Source: an uncultured Chloroflexia bacterium (GTDB lineage Bacteria; Chloroflexota; Limnocylindria; Limnocylindrales; CSP1-4). From it: a stretch of DNA of 64,000 nucleotides. Positions 17,851-28,495 of this stretch are shown one piece after another. Every line of letters starts with the position of its first letter. Within the stretch, counting starts at the first letter, position 1. A model generated the notes under the pieces. It was not told the origin of the DNA and made no database searches. It saw nothing but the letters and a program-made list of their open reading frames with translations. A program made the position numbers and the translations under genes. The stretch is from NCBI GenBank assembly GCA_963713285.1, contig CAVQLA010000014.1, forward strand, positions 140,566-204,565. Direction: 5' to 3'.

Positions 17851-19584
17851 ATGACCTTCCGCGCTCGCCCGACGACGCGGACCGGCCGCCGCAGCGGCTA
17901 CGAGTCCGAGTCCCGGCGGAACCTCTACTTCAACATCGGATTCGGCGCCGTCGTCGTCCTCGCCGTCCTGCTGCTGGTCGGCGCGGCCGCGGCCAGCTGG
18001 TACGACGAGCACCTGGCCCCGGTGGCCCGGGTCAACGGGGAGACGATCACGAAGGACGGCCTGCGCGCGGCGATCGCCCTCGAGACGTTCCGGCTCGACA
18101 CCCTGGAGTCCCGGACGCGCGAGAAGGCCACCGCCGGCCGCATGTCCGCCGCCCAGGGCCAGCAGCTGCTCAACTACATCGCCGAGCAGCAGCAGCAGGT
18201 CGCGAGCGTGGCCTACGAGCGCGAGATCGACACGACGCTCCTCCTGCAGCTGGCGCCCAAGCAGGGCGTCGAGGTGTCGGACGCCGAGATCGACGCCCAG
18301 ATCACCGAGGACGCCACGACACCGGAGAGCCGCCACACCTACCAGGTCCAGGTGGTCCCGGAGGTCAGCACCGGCGCCACCGACCCGACCGCCGAGCAGA
18401 TCGAGGCGGCGCGCAAGAAGGCCGAAGGGCTCCGCGCCGACCTCGAGGGCGGCAAGGCGTGGGAGGACGTCGTCGCGGCGTCCGGCGACGCGGATGCGGC
18501 CGAGACGGACGGCGACCTCTACTTCATCGACGAGCGCTCGACCTCGCCCGACAAGGCATTCGTCGAGGCGATCTTCGCCCTCGCGGCGCCCGGCTACACC
18601 GACGTCGTCGAGGGCGCCGACGGCGTCTTCCGCATCGGCCGGATGACCGAGATCGCACCCGCCGTCGTCGACCCGAACTACCTCCAGGATGCCGAGGACG
18701 CCGGCGTCGACGAGGCCACCTACCGCCGCTCCGCGGAGGCGATCGTCGCGGTCGACAAGATCGAGGCCGACCTCCTCGCCGAGGTCGTCGAGAAGCCGTC
18801 CGAGCAGCGGCGAGCCGGCGAGATCGCCCTCGAGAACAACGGCGGCGACCCGATCGCGCCCGGAGCGGTCCTCGTGAAGCACCTGCTCTACTCGCCCGCC
18901 GACGACCCCGGCGGAGCCGCCGAGCTCGCCGCCGACGACCCGGCGTGGAAGGCGGCGGAGGAGGAGGCCCGGAAGGCCTTCGACGACCTGAAGGCCGGCA
19001 ACCAGCGCTTCGTGGATCTCGCGCCCGGCAGCGACGACGCCACGTCGGCGGCGGCGAACGGGTTCCTGCCGTACTTCGCCAAGGACGACCCAACCGCGCA
19101 GCTCGACCCTGCCTTCTCCGCCGCGATCTTCGCCGAGGGCCTCGAGCCCGGCCAGCTCCTCGAGCCGGTCAAGACCGCCTTCGGCTGGCACGTGATCCAG
19201 TTCGTCACCACGGACGGCCCGGCCGTCCGGTCGCAGGCCGTCCTCGCCGAGGCCTCGCAGCCGGGCGCCGACTTCGCGGCGCTCGCCGCGGAGCATTCCA
19301 TCGCGGCGTCGGCCGTCGACGGCGGCGACCTGGGCTGGATCGCGCGCTACCAGCTCGCCCGCGAGGTGGAAGAGCCGATCTTCGCGACCCAGGCGAAGGG
19401 CTTCACCGAGGCCGTCGCCGGCAGCGAGGGCCTGGTCTTCTACACGGTGAGCGAGATCGCCACCCGGCTGCCCGACCCGGAGCAGGTCACGACCCTGGAA
19501 GCCAGCGCGTTCAGCAACTGGTACCAGGGGATCAAGAACGATCCCGACCAGACGACCATCGAGCGGCTCCTCTCGGCCGCCTGA
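17851..19584 (+). CDS. Membrane-anchored peptidyl-prolyl cis-trans isomerase (PrsA/SurA-like, parvulin domain)
   Basis: N-terminal TM segment (NLYFNIGFGAVVVLAVLLLVGAAAA) and a parvulin core GWHVIQFV. AAGAGG RBS lies 4 nt before the ATG. Confidence 0.8.
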   Translation: MTFRARPTTRTGRRSGYESESRRNLYFNIGFGAVVVLAVLLLVGAAAASWYDEHLAPVARVNGETITKDGLRAAIALETFRLDTLESRTREKATAGRMSAAQGQQLLNYIAEQQQQVASVAYEREIDTTLLLQLAPKQGVEVSDAEIDAQITEDATTPESRHTYQVQVVPEVSTGATDPTAEQIEAARKKAEGLRADLEGGKAWEDVVAASGDADAAETDGDLYFIDERSTSPDKAFVEAIFALAAPGYTDVVEGADGVFRIGRMTEIAPAVVDPNYLQDAEDAGVDEATYRRSAEAIVAVDKIEADLLAEVVEKPSEQRRAGEIALENNGGDPIAPGAVLVKHLLYSPADDPGGAAELAADDPAWKAAEEEARKAFDDLKAGNQRFVDLAPGSDDATSAAANGFLPYFAKDDPTAQLDPAFSAAIFAEGLEPGQLLEPVKTAFGWHVIQFVTTDGPAVRSQAVLAEASQPGADFAALAAEHSIAASAVDGGDLGWIARYQLAREVEEPIFATQAKGFTEAVAGSEGLVFYTVSEIATRLPDPEQVTTLEASAFSNWYQGIKNDPDQTTIERLLSAA

Positions 19585-19596
19585 GCGGAGCAGGGC

Positions 19597-20829
19597 GTGC
19601 TCGATGACCTGCTTGCCGAGGCGCGGCGTCGCTGGGGGCTCGACCCGGCGGACGGCCTGGCGATCGTGCCCGCCGAACGGCTGATCGCGACGCCCCTGGA
19701 GCCCTCCCGGCCGGTGCTCGTCGTCCCGCTGGCGATGCTGCGGACGCCGATCCCGGCCGATCCGCCGGTGCCGCTCCCGGGTCGCCACGGCCCGGCCGGC
19801 CGCGACCCCCTCGCGGTGCTGCAGCGCCTCTATCCGCCCGACCACCCGGTCGGGCGTCTCGGCGCGGCGGAGGGGACGACGATCGGCGACCTGGCGGCGG
19901 AGGATCTGGCGGCGCCTCTCTACCTGGCGCCCGTCGCTCCGGAGCTCGCCGCCGCCTCGCCCTGGGGAATGCCCTGGATCTCGGACCGGCTCCGGGCCCC
20001 GGACGGCTGCCCGTGGGATCGCGAGCAGACCCACGAGTCGCTCCGCAACCACCTCCTCGAGGAGGCCTACGAGGTCTACGACGCGCTGGCGGGCGGCGCC
20101 ACGCCGGAGCTCGCCGCGGAGCTCGGCGATCTCTGGCTGCAGGTCGTGCTCCACGCGCAGCTGGCCGCCGAGGCGGGCGTCTTCGACCTGGCCGACGTCC
20201 AGGCGGCGATCGCCGGCAAGATCGTCCGGCGCCACCCGCACGTCTTCGGCGACGCGCAGGTCCGCACGGCGACCGACGTCAACCGCCAGTGGGAGCGGAT
20301 CAAGCAGGCGGAGCGGGCCGAGGCGGCCGCCGCGTCGGCGGCCGCCTCGGGCGACGGGTCCGCGCCGCGGCCCAAGAGCGCCCTCGACGGCGTGAGCCGC
20401 GCGATGCCGGCGCTCGCCGCCAGCCAGGAGATGCAGGAGCGCGCGGCGCACCTCGGCTACGACTGGCCGTCGATCGACGGGATCCTCGAGAAGGTGGCGG
20501 AGGAGCTCGGCGAGCTGGCCGCGGCCGAGGGCTCGGCCGCCCGGGCGGAGGAGCTCGGCGACCTGCTGATGGTCGTCGTCAACCTGGCGCGCCATCACGA
20601 CGTCGAGGCGGAGGCGGCGCTGCGCGCGGCCAACGACAAGTTCCGGCAGCGTTTCGGCATCGTCGAGAGGCTGGCGGCGGAGCGCGGCGTCGCCCTGCGC
20701 GACCTCTCGTTCGGCGAGCTGGACGAGCTGTGGGACGCGGCGAAGGCCGAGATCTCCGCCGCGGCGCAGGCGGAGCCGCCGGCCGCCGCGCCGGCACGCG
20801 ACAATGGACCCCAGGAGGTGCCGCGATGA
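19597..20829 (+). CDS. mazG: MazG-family nucleoside triphosphate pyrophosphohydrolase (long form)
   Basis: [27 protein letters not shown], and a second EExxE-type repeat [21 protein letters not shown]. Confidence 0.8.
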   Translation: MLDDLLAEARRRWGLDPADGLAIVPAERLIATPLEPSRPVLVVPLAMLRTPIPADPPVPLPGRHGPAGRDPLAVLQRLYPPDHPVGRLGAAEGTTIGDLAAEDLAAPLYLAPVAPELAAASPWGMPWISDRLRAPDGCPWDREQTHESLRNHLLEEAYEVYDALAGGATPELAAELGDLWLQVVLHAQLAAEAGVFDLADVQAAIAGKIVRRHPHVFGDAQVRTATDVNRQWERIKQAERAEAAAASAAASGDGSAPRPKSALDGVSRAMPALAASQEMQERAAHLGYDWPSIDGILEKVAEELGELAAAEGSAARAEELGDLLMVVVNLARHHDVEAEAALRAANDKFRQRFGIVERLAAERGVALRDLSFGELDELWDAAKAEISAAAQAEPPAAAPARDNGPQEVPR

Positions 20830-21560
20830 CGATCGGCAACCGGGCGCAGCTGCGCCCGTCGGGCCGCCGGCCGGACGAGCTGCGGCCCGTGACGATGACG
20901 CTCGGCGTGCAGAAGTGGGCCGAGGGGTCCTGCCGCATCCGCGTCGGCGACACCGAGGTCCTGTGCGCGGCCACGATCGAGGACCGGGTCCCGCCCCACC
21001 TGCGCGGCAAGGGGAGTGGCTGGGTCACCGCCGAGTACTCCATGCTGCCGCGCTCCACCGCGGAGCGGACCCAGCGCGAGGCGACGGCCGGCAAGGTGGG
21101 CGGGCGGACCCACGAGATCCAGCGCCTCATCGGGCGCTCCCTGCGCGGGGTGGTCGACCTGGGCCGCCTCGGCGAGCGGACCGTCACGGTGGACTGCGAC
21201 GTCCTCCAGGCCGACGGCGGCACGCGCACCGCCAGCATCACCGGCGGCTACGTGGCGCTGGCGGTGGCCCTGACCACGTACGGCATGGAGCGGCTGCTGG
21301 TCGGGAAGGTGGCCGCCGTCTCGGTCGGCATCCACGAGGGCGTCGCGCTGCTCGACCTCGACTACGCGGAGGACAAGGTCGCCGAGGTCGACTTCAACGT
21401 CGTCGGCACGGACGCCGGGCGCTACGTCGAGCTGCAGGGCACGGCCGAGGGCAAGGCCTTCTCGCGGGACGACCTGGGCCTGCTCCTGGACCTCGCCGGC
21501 ACCGGGCTCGCGCGGCTCTTCGAGGCCCAGGCCGCCGCCCTCGCCACCGTGGCGCGGTGA
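20826..21560 (+). CDS. rph: Ribonuclease PH
   Basis: [38 protein letters not shown]...[27 protein letters not shown] overlap with mazG. Confidence 0.9.
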   Translation: MTIGNRAQLRPSGRRPDELRPVTMTLGVQKWAEGSCRIRVGDTEVLCAATIEDRVPPHLRGKGSGWVTAEYSMLPRSTAERTQREATAGKVGGRTHEIQRLIGRSLRGVVDLGRLGERTVTVDCDVLQADGGTRTASITGGYVALAVALTTYGMERLLVGKVAAVSVGIHEGVALLDLDYAEDKVAEVDFNVVGTDAGRYVELQGTAEGKAFSRDDLGLLLDLAGTGLARLFEAQAAALATVAR

Positions 21561-22225
21561 CCGCCGCCCGCTCCGCCCCGGCGCCCGATCCCGGGCCGCG
21601 ACCCCGGCTGCTCGTCGCGACGCGGTCGCGCCACAAGCTCGCCGAGCTGCGCGACCTCCTCCACCTGCAGCACGCCGAGCTGGTCGACCTCGACGACGTC
21701 GGGATCCCCGACGAGGTGGAGGAGACCGGGGCCACGTTCGCCGCGAACGCCGCCCTCAAGGCGCGCTTCTACGCCCGCCGGTCGGGGCTGCCGACGCTCG
21801 CCGACGACTCCGGCCTGGAGGTGGACGCGCTCGGCGGCGGGCCGGGCGTTCGCACGCGGCGCTACGCCGGCGAGGACGCGACCGACCGGGACAACAACGT
21901 GAAGCTCCTGGCCGCGCTCCGGGGCCTGCCGCCGGAGCGGCGCGGCGCACGCTACCGCTGCGTCCTGGCGCTCGCCCTGCCTGACGGCGCGGGCCCGCGG
22001 GGTGGGCTGCCGGTGACGCTGGCGCGCGGCACGTTCGAAGGGCGGATCGGCACGCACCCGCGCGGCACGAACGGCTTCGGCTACGACCCGATCTTCGAGC
22101 CGGCCACGGAGCCGCCGGGCGGCGCGACGGTCGGGGAGTGGCCGGCGGAGCGCAAGCAGGCCGTCTCGCACCGCGCCCGCGCGGCCCGCCGGATGGCGCC
22201 CCACCTCGCGCGCGAGGGCTTCTGA
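21557..22225 (+). CDS. rdgB: Non-canonical purine NTP pyrophosphatase (RdgB/Ham1 family)
   Basis: [18 protein letters not shown]...[13 protein letters not shown]...[13 protein letters not shown] overlap with rph. Confidence 0.85.
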   Translation: MTAARSAPAPDPGPRPRLLVATRSRHKLAELRDLLHLQHAELVDLDDVGIPDEVEETGATFAANAALKARFYARRSGLPTLADDSGLEVDALGGGPGVRTRRYAGEDATDRDNNVKLLAALRGLPPERRGARYRCVLALALPDGAGPRGGLPVTLARGTFEGRIGTHPRGTNGFGYDPIFEPATEPPGGATVGEWPAERKQAVSHRARAARRMAPHLAREGF

Positions 22226-22310
22226 CGGCGATCGGGCTACACTCCACACCGGCCGTGCCGCCGCGTGCGACGGCGGCCCGAGTGCCGCACACCGGAGTCT
22301 CGCCCAGCTC

Positions 22311-24486
22311 GTGACCTCCTCCCACGTCCGGCCCGCCGCGGATGCGCCCGACGGCTTCCGGCCGGACATCGAGGGCCTCCGCGCCGTTGCGATCGTCCTC
22401 GTCCTCCTCTACCACGCGTCCGTCCCCGGCTTCGCCGGCGGGTACGTCGGCGTCGACGTCTTCTTCGTCCTCTCCGGCTTCCTGATCACCGGGCTCCTCC
22501 TGCGGGAGGTGCGCCGCACGGGGACGATCTCGCTGCCGAGGTTCTACGCCCGGCGGGCCCGGCGCCTCCTCCCGGCGTCGGCCCTCGTGCTCCTCGTCAC
22601 GGTCGTCGCCTCGGCCGTCATGCTGCCGCCGCTGAGCGTCCCGGACGTCGCGCGCGACGCGGCCTCGGCATCGCTCTACGTCTCGAACATGCGCTTCGCC
22701 CTCCAGGCCACCGACTACCTGCAGGCGGAGCTCGCCCCGTCGCCGATCCTGCACTTCTGGTCGCTGAGCGTGGAGGAGCAGTTCTACGTCTTCTGGCCGG
22801 CGATCGTCCTCCTCCTCGCCCGCGCCGGCGGCGACGTCGGCCGGCGGATCGCCGTCGCCACCGGGTTCATCGCCGTCGTCTCCTTCGGGCTGGCGCTCTG
22901 GCTCACCACCGCCAACCAGCCGTGGGCGTTCTTCTCGCTGCCGACGCGCGCCTGGGAGCTGAGCCTGGGGGCGTTCCTCGCGATCGGGGCGACCCAGCTC
23001 GCCCGGATCCCCGCGCGGCCCGCCGCGATCGCGGCCTGGGCCGGCCTCGGCATGGTGGCGCTGTCCGGCATCGTCCTGGACACCGGCACGCCCTTCCCCG
23101 GGGTCGCGGCGCTCCTCCCGACCGTCGGCAGCGCCCTCGTGATCGCGGGCGGCTTCACCCAGAGCCCGCTCGCGCCGGGCCGCTGGCTCTCGATGGCGAT
23201 CCCCCGGTTCCTGGGCCGCATCTCGTACTCCCTCTACCTGTGGCACTGGCCGCTGCTCGTCCTGCCCGCCGCGGCGCTCGGCGCCGAGCTGCCGTGGTGG
23301 GCCCGCGGCGCTCTCGTCGCCGTCGCGATCGGCCTGGCCGCGGCCACTCAGCGCTGGGTGGAGGATCCCCTGCGCCACGGCCGCGGCATCGGGACCATCC
23401 CGCGACGCAACCTCGCGATGGCGGGGGCCCTGACGCTCGTCGTTGCCGTCACCTCGCTCGGGGTGGGCGCCCGGGCCACGAACGCGCTGGCCGGGTCCGC
23501 CTCGTCCGACGCCACCGCCGACGAGCAGGCCCTCGACGAAATCCTGGGCGGCCTCGCCTCGTCGCCGCCGGGCCCAACCGAGGAACCTGGTGCCACAGCC
23601 CAGCCGTCCTCCACGCCCGCCCCCTCGTCCGCGCCGGCCACGCCCGCGTTGCCCGCCACGACCGGGGGCCCGCTCCCGCCGGGCCTGCGCCCGTCGCTTG
23701 CCGAGGCGCGCGACGACCTGCCCGCGCCCTACGTGGACGGCTGCCACGTTTCCGCGGAGGGGACCGAATCCGCGGCGTGCACCTACGGCGACCCGGCGGC
23801 GACGCGGACCGTCGTGATGTTCGGCGACAGCCACGCGCTCAGCTGGTTCCCGGCCGTCGACCGCCTGGCGGGGGAGCAGGGCTGGCGCTTCGTGAACCTG
23901 ACGAAGTCGGCCTGCTCGTCGGTCGACATCGGCCAGTGGAACGGGAACCTCAAGCGGGTCTACACGGAGTGCGACGCCTGGCGCGAGAGCGCCCTGCGGC
24001 GCATCGAGGCGGAACGTCCGGCGCTGGTCCTCGTGACGAACAGCCGGTCGTTCTCCGCCGTCGGACCGGACGGCACGCTCCTCGAGGGCCCCGAGCGGAC
24101 GGCGGCCTGGCGCGCGGGCATCGCCCGCACGCTGGGGCGGCTGGAGGCGGCCGCCGACCAGGTGGTCCTCATCGCCGACACCCCGCGCTCCATCGTCGAC
24201 GTGCCGGTCTGCCTGTCCGAGCATCCCGACGACACCCTCGCCTGTGCGACCCCGGTCGAGCGGGCGATGAGCCCGGCGTGGCTGGCGGAGGAGCAGGCGG
24301 CCGCCGCGAGCGCCGGGGTCGGCTTCGTCGATCCGACCCGCTGGGTCTGCCCGTCCGGCCCCTGCCCGGCGGTCATCGGCAACTTCATGGTGTTCCGCGA
24401 CGAGCACCACCTCGCGCCGCCCTTCGCGTCGGCCCTGTCGCGGGCGCCTCGGCGACGCGCTGACGATCCTCGTGGCCCAGCGCTAG
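22311..24486 (+). CDS. Acyltransferase-3 (OafA/OatA-like) membrane O-acyltransferase with C-terminal SGNH hydrolase domain; apparent +1 frameshift near nt 24447
   Basis: N-terminal FRPDIEGLRAVAIVLVLLYHA and a ten-TM acyltransferase-3 core. C-terminal SGNH motifs VVMFGDSHAL and LIADTP. The frame-0 ORF runs on through antisense sdhB as a 1046-aa artefact. A switch to frame +1 at about 24447 gives the tail ...SRALGDALTILVAQR with stop TAG at 24484-24486. Confidence 0.65.
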
Positions 24487-24530
24487 GCGCCCGGCCCCGG
24501 ACGCCCCGGTGCTCCCCCCGCGGGGTGCCC

Positions 24531-25364
24531 TCAGTCCGCCGTAACCGTTCGCGGCGGGGCTGCCGGGATCTCCTCGCGCCGCGCGCCGTGGGGCGCCTCG
24601 GCAACCGCGGCCGGCTGCCTCCGCCTGCGCAGCCGCAGCAGGTCGGACACCAGCTCCCGCTTCATCAGCTGGATCGCCTTGGCCGGGTCCACGCCCTTGG
24701 GGCAGACCTGGGAGCACTCGCCGGCGAAGTGGCAGCGCCACGGGCCGCTCCCGCCGGAGAGCACCTCGCGCCGGGCGCCGAAGCCGCCGTCGCGCGTGTC
24801 GCTGTTGTAGCGGTGGGCCTGGCCCAGGGGCATCGGCCCGGCGTACTGGGGGTCCGTGGCCACGGTGGGACAGGCCGCCATGCAGCAGCCGCACTTGATG
24901 CAGTAGCTGAACTGCAGGTACTGCTCCAGCTCGTGCGGCGTCTGCCAGTACTCCCCACTCGGGTCGTCCTGCTCACCCGTGTCGTCGCGGAGCAGGTACG
25001 GCAGGAGCTCGCGGTGGGTCTCGAACATCGGGGAAAGGTCGGGGACCAGGTCCTTGATGATCGCGAAGTTGGGCAGCGGCCCCACGGCCACGACGTCGCT
25101 GTTCAGCTCGCCGATCTGCGTGTTGCAGGCCAGCCGCGGCCGGCCGTTGATGAGCATCCCGCACGAGCCGCAGATGCCCATCCGGCACGAGGAGCGCCAG
25201 GCGAGGCTCGGGGCGGACTGCTCCTTCACCTTCCAGAGGCCGTCCAGCACGGTCATCCCGGGCAGGACCTCGATCCGGTAGTCCTCCCAGTGGGGCTCGC
25301 GGTCCTTCCCGGGCTCGAACCGACGGACGTGGAAGGTGACGGATCTCACGCTCGCGTCGGCCAC
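24531..25364 (-). CDS. sdhB: Succinate dehydrogenase/fumarate reductase iron-sulfur subunit
   Basis: 2Fe-2S CRMGICGSCGM, 4Fe-4S CIKCGCCMAACP, 3Fe-4S CHFAGECSQVCP. GTG start at 25364 directly after the sdhD stop. Confidence 0.9.
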   Translation of the reverse strand: MADASVRSVTFHVRRFEPGKDREPHWEDYRIEVLPGMTVLDGLWKVKEQSAPSLAWRSSCRMGICGSCGMLINGRPRLACNTQIGELNSDVVAVGPLPNFAIIKDLVPDLSPMFETHRELLPYLLRDDTGEQDDPSGEYWQTPHELEQYLQFSYCIKCGCCMAACPTVATDPQYAGPMPLGQAHRYNSDTRDGGFGARREVLSGGSGPWRCHFAGECSQVCPKGVDPAKAIQLMKRELVSDLLRLRRRRQPAAVAEAPHGARREEIPAAPPRTVTAD

Positions 25365-25365
25365 G

Positions 25366-25746
25366 TCAGCCCCCCACCATCGGCGCCGCGCCCGGCGCGG
25401 CGAGGGCCGCCCAGGTCCCGAAGGCGAACAGGGCAAGGCCGAGCACCGTGAGCCCGACGTTGATCGTCCTCCGCAGGCCGGCGCCGGGGTTGAGCTCCAT
25501 CAGGATGTTGCGAAACCCGTAGAACCCGTGGTACAGCGCCGCCCCCAGCAGGAGCACGTACGTCACCGTGAAGAAGACGCTCCCCGCCCGGGCGGCGACG
25601 CTCTCCCACTCGACCGGCTCCGCGCCGGCCGTGCCGAAGATCCCGAGCGTCTGGTCGAGATGCATGATCGCCATGTGCAGGCCGAGGAGGACGAGGATCA
25701 CCACGCCTGCGCCGATGTGCCAGGTCCAGAGGGTCCGGTCGCGCAT
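25366..25746 (-). CDS. sdhD: Succinate dehydrogenase hydrophobic membrane anchor subunit
   Basis: 126 aa with three TM helices and a His-containing helix (LHMAIMH). Confidence 0.75.
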   Translation of the reverse strand: MRDRTLWTWHIGAGVVILVLLGLHMAIMHLDQTLGIFGTAGAEPVEWESVAARAGSVFFTVTYVLLLGAALYHGFYGFRNILMELNPGAGLRRTINVGLTVLGLALFAFGTWAALAAPGAAPMVGG

Positions 25747-25758
25747 CGTTCCGCCCCC

Positions 25759-26193
25759 CTACGCCAGCACGAAGAAGTCGAGGCCGCCCCAGAGGGCGAT
25801 CACGGCGGCGATCATCAGCACGGCCCGCGCCAGCCTCCGCTGCCGGCCCACCGAGGTCGCGTAGGGGTAGACGGGCTCGATCGGGCGCCCGACGGCGTAG
25901 CCGAGCTCGATGATCGCGAGCCGGACCCCGTTGACGGCGTGGAAGGCGAAGGCCGCGAAGACCAGGTACTCCCCGATCATGAACAGCGGTCCGGAGACCA
26001 CTCCCATCGCCTGGTCCCAGGCCTCCGGTCCAAGCGCCCGCGACGAGGTGACGAAGATGTGCATGACGAAGTACGCCAGCAGGCCGAGGCCGGTGAGCCG
26101 GTGGAGCGTGTAGAGGTAGCGCTCGAAGCCCCACCGGCCGCCGCCGACCCAGCCCCGGATGCCCAGCCGATTCGGATGTCCGCGGGATGCCAT
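25759..26193 (-). CDS. sdhC: Succinate dehydrogenase cytochrome b subunit
   Basis: 144 aa with three TM helices and a heme-ligand His in LAYFVMHIF. GGAGG RBS. Only the C-terminal 144 aa of the 618-aa ORF-track entry are real. Confidence 0.75.
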   Translation of the reverse strand: MASRGHPNRLGIRGWVGGGRWGFERYLYTLHRLTGLGLLAYFVMHIFVTSSRALGPEAWDQAMGVVSGPLFMIGEYLVFAAFAFHAVNGVRLAIIELGYAVGRPIEPVYPYATSVGRQRRLARAVLMIAAVIALWGGLDFFVLA

Positions 26194-26207
26194 GGTGTCC
26201 TCCGGGC

Positions 26208-27923
26208 CTAGTACTTGCGCTCGACCGGCTTCCACATGTCGATCGTCACCGGCTTGTGCTCGAACCGGGGACCGTCGGGCGCGTGGAAGGCGAGCGTGTG
26301 CTTGAGCCAGCTCTCGTCGTCGCGGGTGGGGAAGTCCCGCCGGGCGTGGGCGCCGCGGGACTCCTCGCGGGCCAGCGCCCCGGCCACGGTCACCTCGGCC
26401 AGGTCCACGAGGTTCTCCAGCTCGAGGGCGTGGATGAGGTTGGAGTTGTAGACCCGCGACGTGTCGGCGACCGGCGCCCGCTGCGCGCGGCCGCGGACCT
26501 CGCGGACCTGCTGCAGCGCCGTCGCCAGGTCCTGGCCGTTGCGGAAGACGCCGACGCACGTGTCCATCGTCTCGCGCAGCTCGCGGCGCAGCGCGTAGAG
26601 GTTCTCGTCGCCGGTTCGTGCCAGCACCTGCCGGACGCGGTCCTCGGCCCGCCCCACCTGGTCCACGGGCAGTGGCGCGGCGGCCGCCAGCCCGGGCAGC
26701 GCCGCGGCGATCTCGCGCCCGGCGATGCCGCCCCAGACCAGGCACTCGGCCGTCGAGTTCGAGCCCAGCCGGTTCGCGCCGTGCAGCGAGACGCAGGCTG
26801 CCTCGCCGGCGGCCCAGATGCCGGCCACCCGCGTCTGGCCCGTGATGTCGGTCTCGATGCCGCCCATCGAGTAGTGCGCCACGGGGCGGATCGGGATGGG
26901 CTTCTCGATCGGGTCGAGCCCCAGGAACTTGATGGTCACCTCGCGGATCAGCGGCAGCCGCGTGTTGATGCGGTCGGCGCCGAGGTGGGTGAGGTCGAGC
27001 TCCAGGTAGTCCTGCCCGTCGGGGGTCTTGAAGCCGCGCCCGGCGAGGATCTCCTCGGTCTCGGCGCGCGAGACCATGTCGCGCGGTGCCAGCTCCATGA
27101 GCTTGGGCGCGTAGCCCGCCATGAACCGTTCGCCCGTGTTGTTCCTCAGGTAGCCGCCCTCGCCGCGGCAGGCCTCGGTCATGAGGATGCCGTTCGGCAC
27201 CAGGCCGGTCGGGTGGAACTGCAGGAACTCCATGTCCTCCAGCGGCAGGCCGGCCCGGTAGGCCATCGCCATGCCATCGCCCGTCACCGTCTGGGAGTAC
27301 GTCGTGAAGCCGTACAGGCAGCCGCCGCCGCCCGACGCGATCAGCAGCGCCCTGCCGCGGATCGCGACGGTCTCGCCGGTGCCCGTGTCCAGGCCGACCA
27401 GGCCGGCGAACGCACCGTCGTTCACCAGGATGTCGGTGACGAAGAGCTCGTCGTAGCGGGTGAACGTGCGGTAGCGCTGCAGCTGGTCGTACAGCGTCTG
27501 CATCTCGAAGAAGCCGGTCTTGTCGGCCGCCAGCGTCGCCCGCGGGTAGCTGTGCCCGCCGAACGGGCGCTGGGAGATGTAGCCGTCGGGGTCGCGCGTC
27601 CAGGGGATGCCCCAATGGTCGAGCTGGTCGATCTCCTTGGGGATCGTGTCGACGAAGGTCCGCACCACGTCCTGGTCGGCCAGGAAGTCCGAGCCCTTGA
27701 CCGTGTCCCAGGCGTGCAGCTCGCGGGAATCGCCCAGGTCCTCGCGCAGGACGGCCGCCGTGCCGCCCTCGGCGCAGACCGAGTGCGCCCGCATGAGCTG
27801 GACCTTCGACACGATCCCGATGTCGACCTTGCCCTCGAGGCGCCGGGAGATCTCCACGGCAGCACGCAGCCCGGCCAGCCCTGCTCCCAGGATCACGACG
27901 TCGTGCTGCAGCTCACGATCCAT
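26208..27923 (-). CDS. sdhA: Succinate dehydrogenase/fumarate reductase flavoprotein subunit
   Basis: FAD motif VVILGAGLAGLRAA, covalent-FAD histidine region RAHSVCAEGG, active-site HPTGL and RLGSNS. Confidence 0.9.
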   Translation of the reverse strand: MDRELQHDVVILGAGLAGLRAAVEISRRLEGKVDIGIVSKVQLMRAHSVCAEGGTAAVLREDLGDSRELHAWDTVKGSDFLADQDVVRTFVDTIPKEIDQLDHWGIPWTRDPDGYISQRPFGGHSYPRATLAADKTGFFEMQTLYDQLQRYRTFTRYDELFVTDILVNDGAFAGLVGLDTGTGETVAIRGRALLIASGGGGCLYGFTTYSQTVTGDGMAMAYRAGLPLEDMEFLQFHPTGLVPNGILMTEACRGEGGYLRNNTGERFMAGYAPKLMELAPRDMVSRAETEEILAGRGFKTPDGQDYLELDLTHLGADRINTRLPLIREVTIKFLGLDPIEKPIPIRPVAHYSMGGIETDITGQTRVAGIWAAGEAACVSLHGANRLGSNSTAECLVWGGIAGREIAAALPGLAAAAPLPVDQVGRAEDRVRQVLARTGDENLYALRRELRETMDTCVGVFRNGQDLATALQQVREVRGRAQRAPVADTSRVYNSNLIHALELENLVDLAEVTVAGALAREESRGAHARRDFPTRDDESWLKHTLAFHAPDGPRFEHKPVTIDMWKPVERKY

Positions 27924-28495
27924 CGAGGAACCTCATGCGACCTTGCTCCGTCGGGCGGCGGCTGCCACCGCGGGAGGCCCAGCCGGCTCAGGGTAGGCCA
28001 GCGTCACCCATCGGAGAGGTGCCGATGGCCTCGTTCCGTTGGGCCTGCGGTCACGAGGTCCGCTGCGGCCGAGATCGACGCGCCGGCTCCCGGCCGGAGT
28101 CCTCCATCACCATCCTGACGGGCGGCTGCCGGCTCCGAGCCGAGGGAACCGGCCGGTCTCTGCCGCTGCCAACGCGGCGACCGCGGCGATGGCGACGCCG
28201 ATCGCGAGCACGATCACCCCCGCCACGAGAAGGTAGCGTCGCATCTCCAAGCCCTCCGCGATCGGCTGTGCGGGTCGGTCTCGCCAGTGGCTCGGCGCGG
28301 TCCCGGTGGCCGGAACGTGGGCCGCGTCGAGACTCTCCGCACCGGTCACGTTGGGGGCAGCTCGCGCGCCTGGCGAGAGGCGAACGGCCCATGGCTTCGC
28401 GGACCGGCCGGCGGCCGTCGAGCATTCTCGAACCCGCGAGACGCGTGGTCCCTCACGGGTTCACGAGCCAGGGAGGCGGTCCGGTTGGAGGCGCG

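Noticed and set aside
24487-24530. GC palindrome CCCCGCGGGG between the convergent acyltransferase and sdhB genes as a terminator
   Set aside because: The stem is too short and has a 2-nt loop. No extended complementary arms were found.
22311-25451. 1046-aa ORF suggesting a giant acyltransferase
   Set aside because: Beyond about 24450 it is antisense to the well-supported sdhB gene. A one-base frame change gives a natural stop at 24486.
28107-28244. 45-aa hydrophobic ORF (MRRYLLVAGVIVLAIGVAIAAVAALAAAETGRFPRLGAGSRPSGW) upstream of sdhA
   Set aside because: It has a plausible RBS and TM helix but no other support. A hydrophobic stretch like this could arise by chance in a 570-bp GC-rich leader. 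It is noted but not called.
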